The translations under genes were made by a program, and so were the position numbers. A DNA stretch of 27,097 nucleotides from Chlorokybus atmophyticus (lineage: Eukaryota > Plantae > Mesostigma and Chlorokybus algae), in contig RHPI01002955.1 in NCBI GenBank assembly GCA_009103225.1, forward strand, positions 1-27,097, given 5' to 3'. Under the pieces are notes generated by a model. It had not been told where the DNA came from and did no database searches. It saw only the letters and a list, made by a program, of their open reading frames with translations. This document shows, one piece after another, positions 10,264 to 20,079 of the stretch (its first letter is position 1; the number at the start of each line of letters is the position of its first letter).

Positions 10264-12713
10264 TGACAGTTCACCACACAAAAAGTAAGATAATAATTGC
10301 TAACCATGTTGGACGTTCTCGGGCTTGCTACAATCTGCATTCAAAGCCTTGGTAGCAAAGAGCCCATGGAATCTGCCTCTTTTGCGCATGTCGTTGCAGA
10401 CAACGACAAACTCTTTCTTTCTCAGCAAAGATAGCCGGCCGGAGTCCAGATGATTGACAACGCTCATAAGTTGCGGGGGCTCGAGTTGGGTACAATTGTC
10501 CAGCAGATTCAAGGAAATGCCTTGCGCTGAGTTCGACTTTCCATCCGCCATAAAGTTGTCTTCCATGCTCTGCAGCACGTGGAAAAAGCGCTGGTATTTT
10601 TGCTCAAAAAGGCCGAGACCCATCGCAATCCTGCAATAGCAGTGCAGTTAACGAAAATGTGGAAAGCTGACTCCGTTGATGTGCACTGTATACAGATACA
10701 GTTCATATTACGTACACGACATGGACACGCTTAGTTTAGGGGACTTGAGCCACCTCGTCATCCGTTGAAGGCGTAAGGGACTCTCGCAAGATGACCATCC
10801 ATGACCTTGCAAATCCAAGCCACGCCTCAGCCCCCCTTGTCTTGCGGGTCAGCACAATAAATAGCCTAAACAGTTGACCATGCTGCTTCCAAATGTCACG
10901 CATGGCGTGCATAACCTCAAATGGCGTGGAATTTTGTCGAAGCTCATCCTGCAAGTTGTGCAGCCTACTCAGATTGAGGATTCAAAGTCTATCGATGTTG
11001 GTCACGACCTGTCACATGTAGAGTTGTTGGTCAGTTGCTTTAGGTGTCATAACTTGAAAGTATTAAAGCAGCCTACCTCAATCCTTTGAGACGCCCATTT
11101 TGATCAGCGGGATGGTCATAAAGCCTGCGGTGATATATTGTTAGCAAGAAATTCACGCACAGAATTTTAAACTGCCATCTTTTGCTCGACGGGTCTTGCA
11201 GGAATTCATCTGTTGGCACCGGATGCCATTCTGTGGGTTCAGTCTGCTCGAGCACCAGTACAATCCACCCGCTTGTAATTTGGCGAACGCGCGTCACTTT
11301 TGCCCATTACAAGCTTGAACCTGGGCTCGGTAACTTGTCTTACGGAATGGCTCGGGCGAGCAAGCATCATCCGATCAATGGGAACATCAAACAAGGTGTT
11401 TCCTCCAAAGGGGCGATTGCAACCGATCCAGCAGGCCTATAACATAAGATAAGCAAACGATTATCATGAGCACTATGGCAACGCACTTAGTGATTATGCC
11501 TTCAATCAGTGCATCTCAAAACAACTACAAGCAGGTAAAAGCCAAAAATTATAGCTTAACTTTGGTTACTGGTCTCAACGATAGGATGATAAGCCTGCAG
11601 GTTGGCCACTATCGGAATTATCTGAATCTTCTGGTTTGGATATGGAAGGCTTGGTTGCCTTGCCCTTGCTGGGTGACGCGTTAGTCTCGGGCAGCTCTAC
11701 AAAGCAAAACAAGAGTATTAGATTGATTAAGCCGTTATTATTGGTGCGGTGTGCCATAGGCTACCTCGCAACCATTCGAAGAAATTTTCATTCTAGTCAT
11801 CTGTTGAGTTCACAAGATGCTTCAGCACCCTTCATTTAACACGTGCTGCAAGACCCATTAGATCGAACTCTTTCTCTGCCTTAGTTTTCTCCAATTTGCA
11901 ATCGGAACCCTTCACTTTAGACAAGATACAAAGCTTCGCTTTGGGTACAAGGAGGTCATCGTCCTTGATGAGATTGCGGTAAGGTACCCCGAGAAGATAT
12001 ACAGTATTTTCATCTGAGGACCACGCTCCAAGTACGACATAGTCAGAATACTTAATTTGTGCATGATAACGTAATTAAGATTTTGGAACTCATGTAACCC
12101 ACGCTCATGAACACAACGCTTACCTTAAGCTTCTCTTGAAGTTGATTGCTTCCGTGACCATTGTACTTCATCGTCCAGGCATGTTGGCGCTCAGGCTAAC
12201 CTATAGATTTTAATACTGCAACACTTGGCACGAGAACGACATTGATGGTGGTCGTAGCATTTGGCTTCTTAGCCCATGTCAACTCCACATCGTCTGTCAT
12301 TACACGCTGGTCACTCCCGTGTACACAACACAAAGACATTTAAGCTCAGAGAAGCTGGTGCACACTTTATGTTGCTTACATGAATAGATGGTGTCCTTGT
12401 TGACATCATTGATGTCGCTCGAGTCTTTGTCATCTGGCTCTCTGTTGTCGTTAGGTTCATCGTCGGTGCTGTGTTCTAGCTTCTTGTCTTTCTTGTCAGC
12501 ATCGGAAGTGATCTCGACAGCCTTTTCTTTATTTTTTGAACTTGCTGGTGTCTTAAGCGGAGGAGTCTTGTCTCGCTTCTTGGTGGCACTCCTTTTCGGG
12601 TGCGTACCGGACGGCTTTCGTATCGATTCTTTACTAGGGCTAACTTTGGCCAGGGGTAAACCGCAAATCACAAAGGTAGTAAGATTGCATTCAGCAAGCA
12701 GTAAGACAACATT

Positions 12714-12870
12714 AAGAACAAAGATCTTGAACCTCAAACAGGTGGCAGCTAAGAGAGGTCTAAGATTTTCGACCTCCAAGAGCTTCAGCTAAAAGAGGTT
12801 TTAAAGATTCAAGATGTTGAACTTTTAAAAGCTAAGAGAGGTCCAAGATCTTGGACCTCCAAGATCTTGG
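12714..12870. repeat. Second array of the same 22-bp palindromic unit
   Basis: Perfect copy at 12838-12859, degenerate copies at about 12714, 12755 and 12795. The GGCAGCTAAGA linker is shared with the first array in direct orientation. Confidence 0.88.
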
Positions 12871-13082
12871 AAACAGGAAGACGAGCAGCAGGATGCGTGC
12901 TTGAATGGTGGACAAATGCTAGAACGCTTTGATCTGCGTGGAGTAGTCTTCGCATGTGCATCCTCCTCCTTTGAATCATCCTGGATTGCCCTGCATAGCA
13001 TTGCATAGCATTAGAGTTCATGTTCCTAACCTACTTGGACATCGCAAGCATAACAGCCAACAGCAAGCAAGCAACTAACTAA

Positions 13083-13380
13083 AGAAATTGCTGTGCGCAG
13101 CAAGCAACTACAACTAGTAACTAGCAGCAACTTCAACACAGCGCCAGCCAGCCAGCCAGCCAGCAATGCAATCAACAATTGGTTGCTGCACAGAAAAGTT
13201 GCTGTGCGCAGCAAGCAACCACAATTAGTAATTATCAGCAACTACAGCAACAAAAGCACTTACTAGCAGCAACAATAAGTAGCAACTACCTGTAACAACA
13301 AAACACTCAGCACTTTAAAAACAAGTTGATTGCTGCGCATAGAAGTTGCTGTGTGCAGCAACCAACTACAGTAATAGTGG
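13083..13380. repeat. Three dispersed copies of TTGCTGTG(C/T)GCAGCAA(G/C)CAAC in a CAG/CAA-rich low-complexity tract
   Basis: Copies start at 13088, 13199 and 13346. Confidence 0.65.
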
Positions 13381-13548
13381 TGCTGCTGCTGCTGCTATAC
13401 CATGCAGCCGCAGCGGCAGCAACAATCACAGGCAATTAAAAGCAAGCAATTCAGCGAAAAAAAACCGACACTACAAAAACATAAAACACATACCTAATCG
13501 TCTTGCGCATTCCGGACCCCCCATGCTGCTGCACCCACACCCACAGCC

Positions 13549-13693
13549 ACGCCCGCTCCCACGCCCACGCCCACGCCCACGCCCACCCAATCTACCCTGC
13601 CCCCATACACGGATGCGCCTCGTCTCAACCTTTTACTCCAACGCCCGCCGCCCAAACGACGTCAACGCCAACGCCAACGCCAACGCCAACGCG
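13549..13693. repeat. Hexamer microsatellites (GCCCAC)n and (GCCAAC)n
   Basis: Seen directly. On the minus strand the first reads as Gly-Arg repeats (GRLGGRGRGRGRGSGRG) upstream of a GTATGT donor at 13493, so it may belong to a first exon. Confidence 0.7.
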
Positions 13694-13764
13694 CCCCACC
13701 ATAACAGCTGCTGGGGTTTCTGGCTATGGCTGCCGAGGCGAGAAACCCTAAGTGGCGGGGCGCT

Positions 13765-13824
13765 ACCTCTCATACGGTAAAAGCAACTTCAACAGGTCGG
13801 AGTTGCTCTCACCGTATGAGAGGT
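13765..13824. repeat. 26-bp inverted repeat with an 8-nt loop
   Basis: Arms 13765-13790 and 13799-13824. 23 of 26 pairs are Watson-Crick; the three mismatches are all transitions. Confidence 0.9.
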
Positions 13825-14032
13825 TTCATATCTCGGATTTAGCTACCTATTATTATTAGATATTTAGATACATAATTGCCGGCAAGTTAGTCACCGCAGA
13901 TTCGCGGTCATGTGATGGTGCACAAAACTTGAACTTTACCATGCCTTTGCGCAAGGCAGGGCGCCGTTCGTCTCATATTACGACACTCCTGGTATTGACG
14001 TTTTTTTTTTCCACAGAGGTTACATTTATCAT

Positions 14033-14704
14033 TGTAACAGTCAAGGCCAAATTCTGTGATTTTCATGGCCGTTTTAGGCCTTATTTGTAAGGTACATGTT
14101 GTTAATGACTTGTGGCGGATATCGGCGAGTTATGAGTCTGCCGCGGATATCGACCGGGGCCCCAAGACCAGTCCGGAAGGTGCCAGAAAACGGAGGGCCA
14201 GTCGAGAAGGGCTCGACCAGATTTCTGGAAGGGCCTGGCGCCAAGTAGTATAACTTGACCATATGAGCAGCAAATTAGGAGATCTTTGGTGCGTTGGAAA
14301 GGTCTAGAAGTGTAATACAAGATTCTGCAAGATTATCTTAGCTTCTAGTTCCGTCTAGCGCTAGAATCGTCTAGACAGTAGCATGTGCAGACTGGTAGGT
14401 ATAAAAGTGACATTCTACAACTTGCAATAGAACCTTTAGCTCCCTAGTTTTTGGTGTGCAAGCTTGGTGGTGGTTAGCAGGGGTTGCTAGCGTGTGCCCA
14501 CCGGTGTGTGCTTGCTTGTGTGACGATCCAAGGCGCTACACAAGTCGGTGTGTAGCTTCGAGCGCATGCGCGTGCGTACGCGAGTGGCGGGGCGCGCGTG
14601 TGTGCTTGGCAGAGGGGGCAAGGTTCCGGTGTGAATACCGTGTCTTGGTGAGAGGGTTGTGGATTGGACCAACTCACCGGTAACAAGGCACGAGCACCGT
14701 CACA
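14033..14704 (+). repeat. Gypsy 5' LTR (672 bp)
   Basis: TGTAACAG...CGTCACA termini, TATAAAA at 14400-14406. About 4 differences from the 3' LTR by eye. Confidence 0.97.
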
Positions 14705-14706
14705 AC

Positions 14707-14718
14707 TGGTATCGGAGC
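14707..14718 (+). promoter_or_regulatory. PBS complementary to the tRNA-iMet 3' end (TGGTATCGGAGC)
   Basis: 2 nt after the LTR end. One A>G difference from canonical TGGTATCAGAGC, compatible with G:U pairing. Confidence 0.88.
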
Positions 14719-14798
14719 ACGGTTTACGAAGGTGAGAGTGGAAGTGTGTGGGCGTTTACACTTTTCATTCGGAAGCGGAGTGTAGTGTGTTAGTAGAG

Positions 14799-15821
14799 AT
14801 GGAGGATGCTCGCATGGAAGAGCTTCAAGCTGCCATCTTGGCACTGAGGGAAGAGCTTCATCACACTCAAGCGGCGGCACAAGCACAACGCGAGGCGTAT
14901 GAGCATGCGATGGCGCGTGTATAAATTCCCATGGCATCAAGCTCGCGCGTGCATGTGAAGGTGCCAAAGCCCAAGCCATTCAAGGGTCAACGTGATGGAG
15001 ATGCAGTTGGTGAATGGATTTTTCAAGTATGGTCTTGGTTGAAGCTCACGGAGGTGCCCACGCATCTGCACGTGGAGGTTGCAGCGACATTGCTTGAAGG
15101 TGCAGCACTTGTGTGGTGGAGGCATCGATGTACGCGTGTTGCAAACGGGTTGGCGCTACCATTGACCACCATGGAAGAGTTGGCACTGGAGGTCAGGCAT
15201 CAATTTGTTCCCGTTGAGAGCGTGAAGGCCGCACGCGACAAACTTGCAGCCCTTGTGCAAATGGGGTCGGTGATGGCGTACACGGCCGCGTTTCAGCGAT
15301 TGGTGATGTCCATACCCAATATGACCGAGGAGGAGCAGTTGGACAGGTATACACGTGGTTTAAAACCTTTGGGGCGTAAAGAAGTGGAGCTACGGGACCC
15401 GAAGACACTCGCGGAGGCTATACGCATCGCGGAGCGTCTCGACGCGTTGTACTTCAAGTCCACCACAAGAAACACTGACTGGAGGCAAAGGCATGGTGAT
15501 CAGCCCCGGGGAGGCTTTCAACATGCATGGAGACGAGGAGAACCAAGTTCAGCACCTGCCAATGGAGGTGGAGCTGACTCTGGGCCTGCACCAATGGAGG
15601 TGGGTGCCATACACACGCATGGAAGTGAGGCGAAGCACGGCGGACGTGGTGAAAGAGGTAAAGGTGTGCGCAAGTGTTATGCGTCGACGGAGCATTTGGC
15701 GTACGGATGCCCCAAACGAAGCACGCAAAGGCCAACACCGGAAGGCAACCCTCGCCGTGCTCGTCGCGTCAACACTATGGAGCAAAATGGCGTGGAGCAG
15801 GAAAACGACTTCCCCCAGTAG
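14799..15821 (+). pseudogene. Gypsy gag with a premature stop
   Basis: ATG at 14799 is in frame with ORF 14931-15821 but separated by TAA at 14922-14924. Capsid-like sequence (PKPFKG...W...QF). The zinc knuckle at 15675-15710 lacks its second Cys. Confidence 0.85.
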
Positions 15822-16670
15822 GTGAGGAGGCTACTGCTGGGGATAGGAAGGAGCCTCATGCACGGACGGATGCTGTGACATTTCCATTAAAGAAGCAAGA
15901 AGAGATGGCTTTGAACGCGCCAATGGTGGTGAGTTATGCAAACGAGGAGACAACAAAGTACTTCGGGCTTCGAGCACACATTTGCGATGACCAAGGACGA
16001 TGGAGAGAGTGTAAGCTTATGATTGATAGCGGTGCCAACAGCAACTTCATGAGTATTGATATCGCGCGGCGTTACGGTTGGCTTTCGTCATTACGAGGAG
16101 GTGAAGTGAAGCTCGCTGATGGAGAGCCACCCTCTGGAGGTGATGGCGCTGCGTTTATGACCAAAGAGTTGTGCGTTCGCATTGGGAAGATGAAGGAGAG
16201 CATGCGATTTTGCTGCATCACCCTACGGAACGGGTTTGATGGGATTTTGGGACTACCGTGGCTATGGCAACATAATCCAGCCATCAATTGGAGGAAGCGC
16301 GTGCTCACCATCGAGCGAAACGGTGGAGAGTCCATTCAAGCTGCATCGGACGTCATCGAGGCGCGGCACGCACAATTAGGTGGTACGACAATTGCTCAGA
16401 TCTCTTATGTGCAATTGAGGAAGTTATTGTCTCCACGGAAGGCAAAGGCTGCATGGTTGTGTGTGGTGCGCGAAAACACTGCAAAGTCAGCACCAGAGCT
16501 GAATGACGATGTTAAGACGGCTACGATGGACCCTGAGGTGTGTAAACTTGTTAAAAAATACCAAGATATCATGGTGGACGGACTTCCATCTGGTCTACTA
16601 CCTCCACGGAGCGTCGACCACCGTGTGGAGCTGATCGAAGGCTTGCACAAGCCACCGTATCGGGTCGATA
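15800..16670 (+). pseudogene. Gypsy pol 5' part: aspartic protease, in the -1 frame relative to gag
   Basis: LMIDSGANSNF and FDGILGLPWL in ORF 15674-16756. The frame to RT is broken near 16664-16670. Confidence 0.88.
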
Positions 16671-19382
16671 CCCGTATACAAGTTGTCACCTTTGGAGCTG
16701 GAAGAGGCCGAGAGGCAGGTGGCGGATTTGCTAAAAAGAGGCTACATCAGGCCTAGTAAGTCCCCCTATGGTGCACCTATTTTGTTTATACGAAAGAAGA
16801 ACGGGAGCTTGCGCATGTGTGTCGACTACCGAGCTCTCAACAACATCACGAAGAGGAATTGCTTTCCACTCCCACGTATCGACGAGTTGCTGGAGCAATT
16901 GCAAGGTGCGCAGTACTTCACAACACTTGATCTTGCTGGAGGTTATCACCAAATTCGCATCGCGCCCGAGGATGTGGAGAAAACAGCTTTTAACACACGT
17001 TATGGGCACTACGAGTGGTTGGTCATGTCCTTCGGACTTACGAACGCACCGGCAACATTTCAAACGCTTATGAACAGCGTTTTTGCTGACTTGATTGGTA
17101 AGGGAGTCCTCGTGTACCTCGACGACATTTTGGTGTACGCGACAACAAAGGAGGAGCACGTGGCACTTCTACGGCGCGTGTTGCAGCGTTTGCGCGAACA
17201 CAAGTTGTACGCCCAGCTACAGAAGTGCAAATTCTTGCTTCGAGAGGTGGAGTACCTAGGCCACATTGTGTCGCATGAAGGCATCAAGCCGGACCCCAAC
17301 AAAGTGCAGGTGGTGCGCGAGTGGGCTGCCCCGACCAATGTAAAGGAGGTGATGTCCTTTTTAGGCCTTGCGGGGTATTATCGCAAGTTTATCATGGGGT
17401 TTTCGCGCATAGCTGCTCCCTTGACTACCCTACTCAAGAAGGGAAAGCATTGGAGCTGGTCAGCAACAGAGGAACATGCATTTGCTGCGTTGAAGAAGGC
17501 GCTGACGGAGGCACCAGTCCTGGCTCACCCCGACATGGAAAAGACATTTATTTTGGCTTGCGACGCGTCCGACACAGCCGTAGGAGCTGTTTTGCAGCAA
17601 GACCATGGCAACGGCCTTCAACCAGTAGCATTCTTCAGCAAGAAGATGAGTGGTGCGGAGCTGAATTACCCCGTGCACGAGAAGGAACTTTTAGCGCAAG
17701 TCATGGCGCTACGACAATGGCGTTGTTTTCTGGAAGGCAAAAAGTTCGTGCTTGAGACGGATCACTCTCCACTGAGGTACTTACAAACACAACCTCATCT
17801 GAGTCGCAGACAAGCTCGATGGCTTGAGTTCTTTCAACTTTTTGACTTCGATATCAAGTACAAGCCCGGTACGTCAAATGGTGTTGCTGACGCGCTGAGC
17901 CGGCTTAATGCAATTGAGGCACTCGCTCAAGTGCAGCCCGAGTGGACCGACCAGATTCGGCAAGTGCTTCGTGAAGACACGGAGGGTATGAAAGTGTTGC
18001 AAGAGCTGAAAAATACAGCTACGGACACAAGTGGGCACTGGTCAATGCGCGACGGGCTGCTGTGGCACCATGGGCGCTTGTACATCCCCAACGTCGCGCA
18101 TATCCGTGTGAAGTTGCTGAAGGAAGCTCATGATGTGCCCATTGCTGGTCACCAAGGGTTGGAAAGGACTTTGGCAAGCTTAAAACAGCGTTTTTACTGG
18201 CGAGAGATGCATCGCGATGTGCGCGACTACGTGGCGTTGTGCGACGCATGCCAAAGGGTGAAGGCAAGCAACCAAAAGCCAGGTGGGTTGCTGCAACCTC
18301 TCCCTGTGCCATTGTCCAAGTGGGAGCAAGTTACCATGGACTTTATCACGGGGCTACCAAAGACAAAAGAAGGGTACGACGCTATACTTGTGTTCGTCGA
18401 TAAAACCAGCAAAATGGTACGCTTGGCACCGTGTAGTGAGTCTTGCACGGCACCGGAGGCAGCACGCTTGTTCGTGAAGCATGTATTTCGTTCTCATGGA
18501 TTACCCCGAAGCATTGTGAGTGATCGCGACCCGCGCTTTACAAGTAAGTTTTGGGAGGCGCTGCATAGTGCACTGGGTACCACACTGAAGTTTAGCACGG
18601 CATTCCACCCGCAAACTGATGGGCAAACGGAGCGGGCCAACCGTGTGATCGAGGACATGCTGCGTTGCTACGTTAACGCGCGACAAGACAATTGGGAGGA
18701 GCTGCTTGAGTTGGTTGAGTTTGCGATCAACAGCCACCACAATGCAAGCACAGGTGTCACTCCCTTCCTTATGAACTACGGGCAACATCCATTGACACCG
18801 TTGACGGCATGGACACCGCGACGACATGATGTGCGTGTGGAGGCAGCCAATGACTTCCTTACAAAGTGCGCGGACATAAACAAGGCAGCTAGGGATGCGT
18901 TATTGGTGGCACAAATCCGGCAGAAGCAGTACGCGGACGCGCATCGCCGACACCTCACGTTTCAGGAAGGCGACATTGTGTTACTCTCCGCGAGGCACGT
19001 CCAGGTGCGTACGGGAGTTCGCAAGAATGAACGCTGGTTGGGACCATTTAAGGTCAGCAAAGTTATCTCGGACGTGGCGTACAAGTTGGAGCTACCCGAC
19101 ACCATGCGTGTGCACCCCGTTTTTCACGTCTCCCTTCTGAAAGCATATCGAGGACAACCGCCAGAAAGGCCACCCCCCGAAGTTGGCACAGACGGTGAAC
19201 CCGAGTGGGAGGTAGAAGACATCCTTGGTGAGAAATTTGTGCATGGCGTACGCAAGTTCTTAGTGAAATGGAAGGGCTATCCGTTGCATGAAGCATCCTG
19301 GGAGCCAGAGGCACACTTGACTTATGCTCAAGACGTTGTGCGTGCCTATCTTGCTCAACGACAACCTCGCGAGCTTCGATGA
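16671..19382 (+). CDS. Gypsy pol: RT, RNase H, integrase, chromodomain (disconnected from the protease by a frameshift)
   Basis: RT LDLAGGYHQI and YLDD; RNase H CDAS and KELLA; integrase H-x6-H...CDAC, MDFI, FHPQTDGQTE; GPF motif; chromodomain WEVEDIL...FLVKWKGY...SWEP. Confidence 0.93.
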   Translation, partial: PVYKLSPLELEEAERQVADLLKRGYIRPSKSPYGAPILFIRKKNGSLRMCVDYRALNNITKRNCFPLPRIDELLEQLQGAQYFTTLDLAGGYHQIRIAPEDVEKTAFNTRYGHYEWLVMSFGLTNAPATFQTLMNSVFADLIGKGVLVYLDDILVYATTKEEHVALLRRVLQRLREHKLYAQLQKCKFLLREVEYLGHIVSHEGIKPDPNKVQVVREWAAPTNVKEVMSFLGLAGYYRKFIMGFSRIAAPLTTLLKKGKHWSWSATEEHAFAALKKALTEAPVLAHPDMEKTFILACDASDTAVGAVLQQDHGNGLQPVAFFSKKMSGAELNYPVHEKELLAQVMALRQWRCFLEGKKFVLETDHSPLRYLQTQPHLSRRQARWLEFFQLFDFDIKYKPGTSNGVADALSRLNAIEALAQVQPEWTDQIRQVLREDTEGMKVLQELKNTATDTSGHWSMRDGLLWHHGRLYIPNVAHIRVKLLKEAHDVPIAGHQGLERTLASLKQRFYWREMHRDVRDYVALCDACQRVKASNQKPGGLLQPLPVPLSKWEQVTMDFITGLPKTKEGYDAILVFVDKTSKMVRLAPCSESCTAPEAARLFVKHVFRSHGLPRSIVSDRDPRFTSKFWEALHSALGTTLKFSTAFHPQTDGQTERANRVIEDMLRCYVNARQDNWEELLELVEFAINSHHNASTGVTPFLMNYGQHPLTPLTAWTPRRHDVRVEAANDFLTKCADINKAARDALLVAQIRQKQYADAHRRHLTFQEGDIVLLSARHVQVRTGVRKNERWLGPFKVSKVISDVAYKLELPDTMRVHPVFHVSLLKAYRGQPPERPPPEVGTDGEPEWEVEDILGEKFVHGVRKFLVKWKGYPLHEASWEPEAHLTYAQDVVRAYLAQRQPRELR

Positions 19383-19394
19383 CGAAGCTCACCT

Positions 19395-19407
19395 GGGGGG
19401 GGAGGAG
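19395..19407 (+). promoter_or_regulatory. Polypurine tract
   Basis: GGGGGGGGAGGAG immediately before the 3' LTR. Confidence 0.92.
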
Positions 19408-20079
19408 TGTAACAGTCAAGGCCAAATTCTGTGATTTTCATGGCCGTTTTAGGCCTTATTTGTAAGGTACATGTTTTTAATGACTTGTGGCGGATATCGG
19501 CGAGTTATGAGTCTGCCGCGGATATCGACCGGGGCCCCAAGACCAGTCCGGAAGGTGCCAGAAAACGGAGGGCCAGTCGAGAAGGGCTCGACCAGATTTC
19601 TGGAAGGGCCTGGCGCCAAGTAGTATAACTTGACCATATGAGCAGCAAATTAGGAGATCTTTGGTGCGTTGGAAAGGTCTAGAAGTGTACTACAAGATTC
19701 TGCAAGAGTATCTTAGCTTCTAGTTCCGTCTAGCGCTAGAATCGTCTAGACAGTAGCATGTGCAGACTGGTAGGTATAAAAGTGACATTCTACAACTTGC
19801 AATAGAACCTTTAGCTCCCTAGTTTTTGGTGTGCAAGCTTGGTGGTGGTTAGCAGGGGTTGCTAGCGTGTGCCCACCGGTGTGTGCTTGCTTGTGTGACG
19901 ATCCAAGGCGCTACACAAGTCGGTGTATAGCTTCGAGCGCATGCGCGTGCGTACGCGAGTGGCGGGGCGCGCGTGTGTGCTTGGCAGAGGGGGCAAGGTT
20001 CCGGTGTGAATACCGTGTCTTGGTGAGAGGGTTGTGGATTGGACCAACTCACCGGTAACAAGGCACGAGCACCGTCACA
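19408..20079 (+). repeat. Gypsy 3' LTR (672 bp)
   Basis: Direct repeat of 14033-14704, followed by the TSD ATCAT. Confidence 0.97.

Larger units (their letters stand above)
7855..13760 (-). pseudogene. Multi-exon pseudogene with putative ParB-like and methyltransferase-like domains; 3' end cut by the copia array
   Basis: Phase-compatible GT-AG introns at 8120-8199, 8475-8557 and 9214-9290, with further donors and acceptors to about 13493. Long protein-like frames are interrupted by many in-frame stops. The 5' boundary beyond about 12660 is uncertain. Confidence 0.7.
14033..20079 (+). mobile_element. Full-length Ty3/gypsy chromovirus (6047 bp)
   Basis: TG...CA LTRs, 5-bp TSD ATCAT (14028-14032 and 20080-20084), PBS, gag, PR-RT-RH-IN order, C-terminal chromodomain, PPT. 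Confidence 0.98.

Noticed and set aside
7855-12240. Stop-codon reassignment (TAA/TAG = Gln, as in some ulvophycean algae) as the explanation for the in-frame stops
   Set aside because: TGA stops occur in the same frames, and the 1293-aa and 899-aa retroelement ORFs contain no internal TAA or TAG.
12388-12792. 134-aa Ser/Leu/Phe-rich plus-strand ORF
   Set aside because: It is the antisense shadow of a Lys/Asp-rich exon of the minus-strand pseudogene.
14056-14686. Short ORFs repeated two or three times (MIFMAVLGL..., MVKLYYLAP..., MQAWWWLAG...)
   Set aside because: They lie within the LTR copies, so the recurrence reflects LTR identity rather than coding constraint.
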